A stretch of DNA of 63,274 bases, counting the filler, from Lenisia limosa (Eukaryota > Protista > Breviatea), in NCBI GenBank assembly GCA_001655205.1. It is 10 parts of 10 records of this genome, joined end to end, with 100 filler letters (N's around TTAATTAATTAA, not from the genome) between each part and the next. Parts side by side here need not be neighbours in the genome. Positions count along the whole stretch, not along the records: positions 22,616 to 25,885 come from LPNZ01011349.1; positions 25,986 to 27,404 come from LPNZ01010876.1; positions 27,505 to 35,072 come from LPNZ01010108.1; positions 35,173 to 37,757 come from LPNZ01001298.1; 6 more parts are not named here. One strand, written 5' to 3'. Below the pieces are notes generated by a model that ran no database searches, was not told the DNA's origin, and saw only the letters and a program-made list of their open reading frames with translations. Positions within the stretch are counted from its first letter, which is position 1; each line of letters opens with the position of its first letter. Shown piece by piece: positions 25,301 through 36,602 of the stretch. The position numbers and the translations under genes were made by a program.

Positions 25301-26175
25301 AAAAAGCNNNNNNNNNNNNNNNNNNNNNNNNNNNNNNNNNNNNNNNNNNNNNNNNNNNNNNNNNNNNNNNNNNNNNNNNNNNNNNNNNNNNNNNNNNNNN
25401 NNNNNNNNNNNNNNNNNNNNNNNNNNNNNNNNNNNNNNNNNNNNNNNNNNNNNNNNNNNNNNNNNNNNNNNNNNNNNNNNNNNNNNNNNNNNNNNNNNNN
25501 NNNNNNNNNNNNNNNNNNAGTAAAAAGCAACAAAACAAACAAGCCCAGGCCAGTCTCAGCAGCACCTCATTACAGTCATCACACAGGCAAGAATTTCCCT
25601 ACTCACAACTTGGGCGTTTCGAAGGTCAAAAATGTGGACATCACCGGAATCATAACCTGGGGGTGAGATCCTTTCTTTTGAAAATTCAATAAAAGCAAAA
25701 TTTAAATATTGAAAATTATAACGTATTAATCTTTCAAAACTTCAACAGTTTTAAGAAAGGAAATGAAAGACCCCATACGCATTCAATATTTTCACATAGC
25801 TAATAGAGTATATAAACTCAACAATCATCCCATCCCCCAGTACCCGCAGCAACACAGCGATTAGAGTCGAAAGAGTTGCCAAAAGNNNNNNNNNNNNNNN
25901 NNNNNNNNNNNNNNNNNNNNNNNNNNNNNTTAATTAATTAANNNNNNNNNNNNNNNNNNNNNNNNNNNNNNNNNNNNNNNNNNNNTTAAAACCTACCTCA
26001 GGCTGGACAAATCAGGTAGGAGCCGGGGGAGGGAATCAAGTACAATTAGTCACGAGAGATTTTATGTGATAGTGGGGAGAGGGGATGTTGTGTTATTCTG
26101 TTACATGATTGGGTGAATCTATTTATCCCATATCTCTTACAAGCATGATGGTGTTGACGGCCTCCTTGGACTACC
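22357..26175 (-). CDS. WDR92: WD repeat protein 92 (DNAAF10/Monad) homologue, 5' half not found
   Basis: Exons FGNSFDSNRCVAA|GYDSGDVHIFDLRNAQV, LYSDNLKNSVCSVEFDGRDGPMNK, AAGTLEGGMYVYDLKTQHPEN and GVMGTLTEVVSNQISQLMIASLDWHPDKEGLAITAS|FDK match the C-terminal half of WDR92 in order. Confidence 0.8.
24100..25660. repeat. Local duplicated blocks inside WDR92 introns (24100-24495 vs 24506-24902; 24913-25033 vs 25520-25640), probably allelic redundancy
   Basis: Near-identical blocks separated by 10-N gaps. Confidence 0.75.
24135..24270 (+). mobile_element. ~150-bp dispersed repeat without TIRs, probable non-autonomous Helitron; copies at about 1178, 11365, 12155, 12708, 24775, 27110, 37546 (-), 53909, 56183, 58770, 60095 (-) and 61205
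   Basis: Shared consensus ...gtatctggccgaagccgtccacaccatcacgc...aattcacccaatcatttgccttacaactctgtgcacacagctttctgcgtgc. It has a 3' hairpin (GCACACAG-CTTT-CTGCGTGC) and a CCAG|T end in two copies. The Helitron class is inferred. Confidence 0.6.
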
Positions 26176-26537
26176 AATTTCCAGTGACTGGGATAAGTCT
26201 TGACCGATTTTCCTTGGGAATTCATATAGCAAATCGGTCAAGACTTATCCTGGTCACTGTATATCCCCCCCCNNNNNNNNNNNNNNNNNNNNNNNNNNNN
26301 NNNNNNNNNNNNNNNNNNNNNNNNNNNNNNNNNNNNNNNNNNNNNNNNNNNNNNNNNNNNNNNNNNNNNNNNNNNNNNNNNNNNNNNNNNNNNNGTCCAG
26401 TTCTGAAAAATAATAAAATTAAAAAGGTAGTAGAAAATATCATATACTAAATGTATATTAATGATTCAATATAACACACACAAAAAAAAAACAAAAAAAA
26501 CAAGTCTTGTCAGTAGAAGAGATATATATATATAAAA

Positions 26538-29500
26538 CTATATTGAGAGGATGCTGAGCTTTATAGAGTGACCGTGATGATTCCTGTTATGGATATTGGA
26601 CAGCGGCTTCACTACGATACGAAAACGATCAGTATCGACATATAGGATGATTTCAGAGGATGGTTTCATAGGATGATTTCTTGGGATGATTTCATAGGAT
26701 ACTTTCTTGAAAAAATTCGTCAATATCTGGATAGGAGTGAACGCCAATATGGAACAAGCAAGATCGCAGAAGTAGGGTAATTTGTTTATGGTATTCCCAT
26801 GTATTTATTTGTTTTCCTAGATTTCTAATGCATATGTTATTTCTCATATTAAAAAAAAAAAAAAAANNNNNNNNNNNNNNNNNNNNNNNNNNNNNNNNNN
26901 NNNNNNNNNNNNNNNNNNCCTACTCAGAGTTTTTGCCAAGAAGAGGGGGTAATAGTCGATTTTGCCCGCTTCTATCAGGGAGGCAAAAAGGGTTTCTGGG
27001 GCCACTGAGGGGCGAACGTGGAAACAAGCCGACTCAGTCCAGAGATAGCACCCCTATTCGGGTGAATGTTAGTGGTAGAAATTGCCATATTTGGTAAGTA
27101 AGCTGTGATATAGGATGACAGTATAATATAAACTCACCCAATCATTTGCATTACAACTCTGTACACAGAGTTTTCTGCGTGCTGTTCAACTAATAAGTAG
27201 CATGGCCCGTCCCCCAGCCCACCACTGGATGCCCAATAGTACCAGCCCATCCTGGATTCTCAGTTTCGGGTGGCCATTCCTATCGAGGAGTGAGAAAAAC
27301 TATGAAACAAAAAAAAAACCCAAAACAATTATGTTGGCAAGCAACAGACGAGGTTTGAAAATAACAAATTAAACTCAGCCTAGGCTGGTCGCTTCTGAAG
27401 CACTNNNNNNNNNNNNNNNNNNNNNNNNNNNNNNNNNNNNNNNNNNNNTTAATTAATTAANNNNNNNNNNNNNNNNNNNNNNNNNNNNNNNNNNNNNNNN
27501 NNNNGGTTCATGAGGTTCAGTAATTCACGCTCCTTAGTCTGGAGAGAAGTGAGACGATGATAAACATGTGCCAAAGAGACAATATATGCATATTGGGTTG
27601 AGAGGGGATGAGTAGGCCATCCCTATAATGTACTCAGTGAAGGAAGACCGAATATCCTGTTATTAAGTTATTTTTATTCTATTTACCGTGCTGTAGAGCC
27701 TCATTGTTTTATTCATGCTAGTACCCTAGTGTAGAAAACGACACCCCACCTCGTGGTCCTTCTCCTCATCAATACCAAAGGGATATATCAAGCTGGTCGG
27801 CCCTCCGTCCAAGCTACATAATTAATGAGTGATCTGTTTTAAGTGATGGAACAGTCAACTAAAATTACAGGTTGAAAACCAACAAAAGCACAAATACACA
27901 GCACCACTCAGACATCATTTCAACACAACAGCATATGACTATAGATAACGTATAATATTACTTCTTGTAATTACATTGGTACTGACACAGTTCCAGTATG
28001 TGAAGGGTGTTGTTCATATGAACGCTCCCCCCCAAAGTACCTCGGGGTACTGGCGCGAGGAAGGTCAGAAGACTCGCGCGGAGTGAGAGGCGCTGACTTC
28101 GGCTCCCCCGTTGCAATCCCGTGGCTGATGGCAACTTTGAACCAAGACGGTTCAACGGATGATGGTTTGGCCTGTGGGAGGTAAGGGAAGCAAGGAGAAT
28201 TAGCAATGAGGAATTTTTCAATGGGAGAAAGCAGGTAGCAATTGGTTCGTTTCTTTTATGCTGTGTTAATTCACAAATAAAAAATGAAATTATGAAAAAA
28301 GAAGAGCATGTGAACACAATAATCACAACAACAAAAAATAAAACATTACTACAAAGTACTCCCAGCATAAAATATGGTTTTCCCCTAAAGTTATACCTTA
28401 GGGATCAAAGTTGCAGCTCTGAATGTTTCACTTCCCAGTGTCATTTGGCTAGAGTATTAAATGAGAAGCTGTAAATCCAAAGTCTGAATTTATAAAATTG
28501 AGATAACCATGTTCTCTGGAAAACAGTAATCTATCCCTGCTACTCCCCCGTGCAAGCTGTCAACCACTCACAAAAAAAATCATACTTCAAAGCAAATGAC
28601 GTAAAAAAACAAAAAGTAATGCAGGTACACATAAGTGCGTAAGTCAACAGTATGTAAGATACCAAATAGCCGCCCACCGGGCATTCGGGTTCCTAGAAAG
28701 TGGTCGTGAAGGACATCCACTCTTTGTTCTTTTGAATGTCGTGTATTTCAAGGCAGTTTGAGTCTGGAGTGTCAAGCAAGACAGAATAACCACAACAAAA
28801 AAAACTGTAAACAAATGTCATTTCGGTTACACTATCATTTTTGAACATTGTGAGGGTTATTGTCGGAATGGATCCCTATCCCTAGGGCTTAACTTCGGTT
28901 CAAAAAGACTGGTAAAATATCGAAAGTTTTCGAGGATTTATCGAGAAATTCAGTCTTTTTTCGAGCCGAAGTGAAGCTCAACCTATCCCAACTATCTTTT
29001 TTTTTTTTATGGTATCGAGAGATAAAGCAATAATATGAGAGACACTTTTAATTGATTTCTCAGGCAAATATGAATGTTTGGAACTGCAACATTGAGGACA
29101 AATTATTCCTCTTCGTAACTTCCCCTCAAACATCAGCTCCATTATCAGGCTTCTTTGTTGTTTTGGAAAACAAGGAGCTTTCACTGAATGTCTCAGGATA
29201 GTTCGTGAGGCCCTTAAAGTGATTCCTAAAGTGTGAAAACTTGCATTGGCGTAGATAGCAGAGAAAGAGAAACCTTCATGACCCATTCAGATCGGTATAT
29301 AGCCACACCGTCCCACATGAATTCGGGTTCAGCAAATGTTGACGCGCTGCAGTAGATTGAATTGGGCGAAGCATAGGGCAGAATTTCTAAGGCTCCACTG
29401 AAAGCCAGTCCTATAAAGTAAGACCAGAAGGGCAGTGTAAAGCTATTTAAGTTGAGAGCACAATCATGCCTACACTATTATTAACATTTCAACTATTAGC

Positions 29501-32500
29501 CTTACAAAACTGTACAGACCAGTGAACTATTAGCCTTACAAAACTGTACAGACCAGTGAACTATTAGCCTTACAAAACTGCACAGACGAGTGAACTAGCC
29601 TTACAAAACTGCACAGACCAGTGAAGTGGTAGCACGGAAAGAGCTGAGGGATGAAGTGAACTTCAGTGGAGCCTGAGCAGATAGCAATAAACGTCTGATG
29701 GATTAGAAACATATTGTATCCAACAACGGTTCGTATAGTTTCCCATTTCTTTTTCGAAAGAAAAACAAAAAAAAACACATTTCACCAATCACTATCAGAA
29801 TTCATGTAACACTGTACAGTATGTTAATGTATATGATGACAGTCAATCGGGCATATAATACATTACGTATCAGGTATGATATACTATACTATATATATAT
29901 ATATATATNNNNNNNNNNNNNNNNNNNNNNNNNNNNNNNNNNNNNNNNNNNNNNNNNNNNNNNNNNNNNNNNNNNNNNNNNNNNNNNNNNNNNNNNNNNN
30001 NNNNNNNNGGAGGACGATCTTTCGAGGGGTCCTGAGCCGCGATTTGTCGGATGTAGTGGCTCAAACTATTTGTTGCCTAGAGAAATAAGTCCATACTTAA
30101 TAAGTTAGTTCCTTCTACCATTTTATCTTATAGCAATGAGAAATAAAAAATTCTACTGAAACTGCTTTAGTCATTGACCCCCCCCCCCAGCATACATAGA
30201 TGATAGAGAAGGCGGCCCTGGCAGCATTAATGGCGTGATACATCGTCTCACATCCCGGGAGGCCGAACACCAAATGGGAGTCAGGGAAATAGCCTCGTTG
30301 TCTACAAAGGTCAAAACTTTCAACTATAATAGACGAAATGACAGTGGTTCTAAAAATTACTTTCAAAAACCTATTTTCGAAAAAAAGGTTCTTGTGTCCA
30401 CTTTGAAATTCTGTCTTCTTTCATCCATCCACATCCCCATCATACAACTGACCCCCCGCCCCCNNNNNNNNNNNNNNNNNNNNNNNNNNNNNNNNNNNNN
30501 NNNNNNNNNNNNNNNNNNNNNNNNNNNNNNNNNNNNNNNNNNNNNNNNNNNNNNNNNNNNNNNNNNNNNNNNNNNNNNNNNNNNNNNNNNNNNNNTCCGC
30601 ATCCAGGTAGTAATGTAGCTAATGTTGGTTAGTGATATCTTGAAGGTAACTGTTTAATGGTAGTTCATGAAGAGGAGGAGTGTAGGTCTAACATGCTAAT
30701 GATGAAAATAAATGAGAAAAAGGTCATAATATGTTTGTAAAGGTAGGCACTTTACGCTTTGAAATAGCGCCTCCCCCCAGAAACAGGCACTCACCTCCTG
30801 TAGGCCTGGCGTGCGGGCATGAACAACAGTCACGTTTTGGTGGAACTCTGGTTTCACACCCTGACCCGTGGGGCTCGCAAGTAACTTCCTGGGTGTGTAA
30901 GGCTTATAGAAAATTGTACAAGGCAGCGACTACTGTTACAATAAGACTTCGCGTTGTTCTTTGAAATGATTACATTAAGTAAATAGTGTTAGTTGTATAT
31001 GCCAAAGGTGAAGCTATCAGAGTTCATGAGAAACAAAGATACAGTTGACCTTGGTTTGTGGAATGATACCACAAAACAGCCCCAATGATTTGATCTCCTG
31101 GCGTACACCCCCAAACGGTACTGAGTGCGCAGGGAAAGACGCTAGTAAAAGATCAAGTGTAGCGTCAAAATCCTCCTTTACTGTCAGTCGAATGAGGTAC
31201 TCAATGCGAAGTTCGCGCTCTTTCTGCCGCCTACAACGGTCACTTTGAACATCAGGCGTCTGGGATCCAAGTTGTTGTCTCCCTTTTTTCTAATGAATGC
31301 TATTTAATTACAAGTTAGATCCTCCACTAATTCCAAGAAAAATAGATGCAGATGCCTCCACTCCCCCCCAGGTTATAGCGACTATTATCCTTGCTCACGA
31401 AATGTAGAAAGAGAAGTAATACGTGAAGTTCGTGAAAACAAGATAGCCCAAAGCGGTTGAAACTTTGATGTCTGAAAGTTGTGAGATGAATTGGCTTATT
31501 CCCAAAGAAATACTATTGTCTATCCATGAATTGGCTTATCCACCTATTTTCTATCCATGTATTCTGTAAAAACAAAAAATACTTCAAAAATATGAGGTAC
31601 TATCTATTGGCTCTTTTTGTATATTGCTTCACAAACTTCTTTTTTTTTGAAACACCAAACATCAATTGTATGTGTACCCCCCCCNNNNNNNNNNNNNNNN
31701 NNNNNNNNNNNNNNNNNNNNNNNNNNNNNNNNNNNNNNNNNNNNNNNNNNNNNNGAATGTGAAAAACGTGTGTTGACTTTTGATAGTTGATAAAACTCAA
31801 ATCCATTGGATTATTTTTAAAAAGTCATTGTTTTTATTGACACAGCATTTATGCTCTTGGTAGCTCGACATACATAAATATGACAGATTAGTTTTATTAT
31901 CCAGATAGCACTACTATGCTTCTGGGCCTCCGTCAAGCGTGAACATATGCCCCCACCCCGCCACCTGTTCGAAGAGAACGATACCAAGAGCCGCTTGAAC
32001 GGGGAGATAGTACAGAAAAAACATGACCATTTTGAACATCACTATGAGAGATTATTGTTTACCAATCAAATGGCTTCTCTTCAGCAAAACAGAATGAATG
32101 AAATGCTTGGGAAACAGACATAAAATATTTCAAATAAATCTGTCTTTTTTGGAACCAAAGCGAATTCCTTTAAACAATGACAAGATATCAGCAATACAGT
32201 CAACCAACCGTTTCGTGGAAGTTGGTCCTTGACAAACTCATTGGGATCTTGATTGTCTACCAAGATTGGCTCTGCCATGATCTATAAAGTAACTGCTGGG
32301 CATTGGGATAATATGGATATCATATGATATGGAAATATATCGAGGTGTTTTCAAGAGTAACAAGTATCAATAGTACCATTTGTAGGAAAGTATTCAGTCT
32401 TCCAAATTTAAAGTACTTAAAGCAGGGTAGCCCGCACACCACAACCAGATTTGATACAACAGTGAGGTATGCAATGATGGTATTGACAGTACGGAAGTGC

Positions 32501-35500
32501 CTGGTACAGGCTGGGATGAACAGAAGGACCTCCCATAGAGCCAGGAATATCAGAGACACAATATAGTCCGCTGTGTTTTCCATTTTGAATGATACTGTGG
32601 GGTGAAACAAAGAGATAAACACTTGCTAAAGCTCTAATAATGCTTTGGTTTCAAAGAAAAGCTTTGAAATTTACGAAATAAGGCCGCCATTGCTCACCGA
32701 GAATCGCAATAAGAATGCCCATTTGTACAAAAATATATCGTTGTAGCAACTTTTTCAACTTCTTCACCTGAAACGCGACGAACTCGGATTCATAAGGCTT
32801 GGCAAGCCCCTAAATATTTTGGTTGTTATCACAGCAAAACTAGAGCATTATAAAAAGGACAACTAGAAACACGCCAATTAATTTGCACGCGTGCACCCAA
32901 TACACGTGTATATCAAGAGAATGTCGAATGTACAGATATCTATAGAATGTCGAATGTTGGTCAAATTCAACAATTGAATGATCCTGATATAACATGTCGG
33001 ATATGGTGCCTGTTGGAAGTTTACCTTGAACTTTAGGGTATGGGGGTCTAGGTAGCTGAGAATTTCCTTGGCCTTGCTGAGAGCAACAGCATTTACTTCT
33101 GAGAAATTAAGGAAGAGAAACGTATTATATAAAACAAGTAACAATAATGAAGCGTCAAGATTAACTTGGAGTAGCTGAAAAACAAGAAACTAAACGAAAA
33201 ACAAAAACTCACTCAACCCTCTAACCCCCATCAGTTTCTTCGGAAAAAAGACTCGTTGCTTTCTGCATGGCTTGTGTGACCTTTGCTGCCTTAGCCTTTT
33301 CAACAGTTTTTGTTTTGACAGAACTAATTGCGGAATTCTAAAGGGTAAAAGAAGGCAAAGTAAGAACGTATTTATCCAATATCACATAAAAAGACATATC
33401 ATCGTAATAACGCATACCACGGAGACCTTGACTTGATCTTTCTTACTGCTTTGTTCCATCTCTAAACAGTTAATTAAAGCTCAAAAAATGAGACAGCAAT
33501 GTGAAAGCAATGTGACTTATCCTTGGTTTGAAAAAGACAGGTAAAATATAGACGGAATGTTAATATACTCATATTGAAATTCACATTCAGTATGGCTGTT
33601 GCTTCTACTTCCAAAAGAGAACGATACACCTTCGCTCACTATTCTCGATATTGTATCCCGATTGAATTCAGTCTTTATTCAAAAACGGGTCACCCCGGGC
33701 GTACCCTGGTCAGACAATGCTCCCGCACTGTCCGGTGAGGACACGGAGGGTGGAGTCAGGAAGGTGTCATCTTCGGCAACTGAGTACTTCCGAAGGCGAC
33801 ACGGGTGCCTGTTGACATGAGAAATGAAACAACAATCGGTGTCTGTGGACATGAGAAATGAAACAACTCCTATTATCCAGCTCATAACATTCACATACTA
33901 TTTACCCACCCAATTATTTGTATGTACTCTATCAAATATCCACTTTTTGGTTACAAAAAGACCAGTAAAATTGAAATTGATAGACAATTACAAAATTTCA
34001 TTAATCCTTTCAGTGCAAGTGTCTCTCAATAAGCAGACCTGAGCGCAGCGCGGGTGGCGTCCAAATGCTCAATTTCCACTGCAGCGTACTTGCCGGACAT
34101 CAGCTGGCTCTGGAGGTATTTGCGAAGTTGGAGTTCATCTTCAGGTAGCTCTCTTTCTCCTTATTGGTAAACAGGGGGGACGGTTTTTGGCATCATCATT
34201 GATCAACAGCCGATAAAAGAAACCGAACCAATATTAATACTAGTTGATCTGTCTTAACATAATAAAAACAGCATCAAGGGCGAACCTCCCCAATAGAGTA
34301 GGTCATCTTCATCTGGGGGGTCTTCCATCATCGTACATGAGCTTTCGTAATTGAAAGACTGACGTTTTGCTACAGATGTAAAAGTAGGTTCAAAACTGGG
34401 TTTTTGATTGGAGTTGATCGAAGTGTTCGACACATCTCATGTTGATATGTAAAACCGCCAATATCCTCCAAAAAATCGAGTACAACTCGAAGAGATAAGC
34501 CCCAAAAATATGGTAAAAAGAGGAAAATTAACGATAACTCCGATTGAGGGAAGAACAATACACTGATTGGGAAAGGAGAGAAGTTAGAGTAGTCCCATGA
34601 AAGGAGCCCCCATCTCATACCTTGAAGCAATGTTGGTGTTGTCAGCAATCTGCTTGATTAGTGAGCATATAAAAGTCTGTCAGGTGTAAAATTACTAAAA
34701 TAACGAGTATCATGATAATATCTTTTCAATGTATACACTACAACCTTTCCATTCCTATTTCTATAGTAGACAATATGTATGGGCTAAGTTGCGCGTAGAA
34801 CCTTACCCACCCTGAAGTCTGAGAAAACTGTTTAATAACAGGAGGTACTCTAGTCACAGGGGACGAAGTGGATTCGAATGAGAAGATTGGGCCAAAGTTA
34901 GTGACGACTCTCTTGGGCATTGGAAGGGGGAGCCCTAAAGCCCGTGATTGCAGACCCTTGAAAGGAACAGTGTTGTCGAATTTAAGGTAGAAAATGGTGA
35001 AGAGCATGAACAACTTTGGCATTAACAAAATCAAATGACAGATTTTGTAACCCGCTCCCAATATATATATATNNNNNNNNNNNNNNNNNNNNNNNNNNNN
35101 NNNNNNNNNNNNNNNNTTAATTAATTAANNNNNNNNNNNNNNNNNNNNNNNNNNNNNNNNNNNNNNNNNNNNGGGTTGGAACAGGATTGCGGCTTAGGGT
35201 CTCAAATGTCGCAACTAGAGTAAAATGTTTACTGATACAAACCAACAAAGAAAATATACATACAGAAAGTCAGAACCGTCAGAAATCCCAAGTCACGATT
35301 ATTCACCATTCTCCGAACCTGACAGCGAAAAACGGGTGAAGACAGAATCTAGAAACATTATATTCCAACAAGAAGTGAGCTGCTAACATACCATGTCGGG
35401 AGGTTGGGCAACCCCGTCCATGATGGCTTTGGACCATTGCGACGCAAAGGACTTACATGCCACTTTGCCTTCGTCTGTTAAATGCGCCTAATTACAGTTA

Positions 35501-36566
35501 ATACACACACGGTCATTTGGACAAGTGAACAACTACACGCAAAAAAAGTGTCCAAAATACAATGGAATAAACAGAATAATATAACTAACTGAATTAAAAT
35601 AATAAGGGAACCACTGTCTTCAACACAATCCAATATCACCAAGGAACTTGTCAAGGTGATCAAGATTTAACTTTTAACACACTACCTTCCGTAGAGTACT
35701 TCTTTAAAATGCCACTCTTTTCTTCAAGTCACCCACTTACATCTCCATATACAAGCTCTCCCCCACTACGTGGACCATGCCTTGAAGTAATTAATAACGA
35801 ATGAAATAAATATCTCATATCAAGTAGAAGCGATAATGGTCCAAAAAAAAAAAAGACTGAGTTAACATTTCATCAAACTGATATGATACCGGTCCCAAAC
35901 AGAAAAAAAAAGTCGTTTAACTCTGTCAGTTATGATAATATTATGCTCAAACTTTGGTCATTACGTCAAAAGAAGGTAAAATAAGCCATATTTGTTAAAG
36001 TCAATTGACAAAACCTCCAGAAGGCCTACCTCAACAAGAGAACACCATTCCGTGGAAACACATCTCCAAGCTTCCAGCTTGACACCTTGACCCCAAGGTT
36101 GGAAAATGGCCTAAATAGTGTTATGTGTGTGAAAGTCTGTCGATTTAAAGGTCTACATGTTATGTTGCAATGCAATTTCAAAATGACAACCAACACGTTT
36201 TCTTCTGATAACCAGAGCACTCACCTTGCCCCAAACTTCAGAATCGAGAAGCTTGATTTCAAAATCGGTAACATGGCTCTGGATTTGATGAAAATAATTG
36301 CTGAATAATCCCCAGTACAAATGGAAGATGGGGGAGGGGGCTTGTCATTGTCATGAGGTAAGTACGTGCACCAAACCTTGTTCCCTTCCCAATCTCACCA
36401 ATTCCCCTGCCTGTCCCTCCCCCCAACTTACCTGTTGATGTGCTTGATACTGGCAAACTGGCGATTGAAAGAAAAAAAAATTCAGCTTGTCCAATATTGA
36501 TCATGCCGATCTGGTATAATGGAGTTTTTGAAAAAATGAAAAAAATCCTTGAAAACTCACCATCAT
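26538..36566 (-). CDS. ~10-kb multi-exon hypothetical protein with a central multi-TM segment
   Basis: First exon ATGATG|gtgagt at 36566, then about 30 splice-bounded exons. Hydrophobic helices at 32350-32810 (YIFVQMGILIAIL, DYIVSLIFLALWEVLLFIP, TIIAYLTVVSNLVVVCG). Exact structure and 3' end are uncertain. Confidence 0.5.
29497..29620. repeat. ~30-35-bp tandem repeat x4
   Basis: tagccttacaaaactg(t/c)acagaccagtgaac units. Confidence 0.85.
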
Positions 36567-36602
36567 AGAATTGCCGAATAAATACAATTAATCACCTTCG
36601 TG

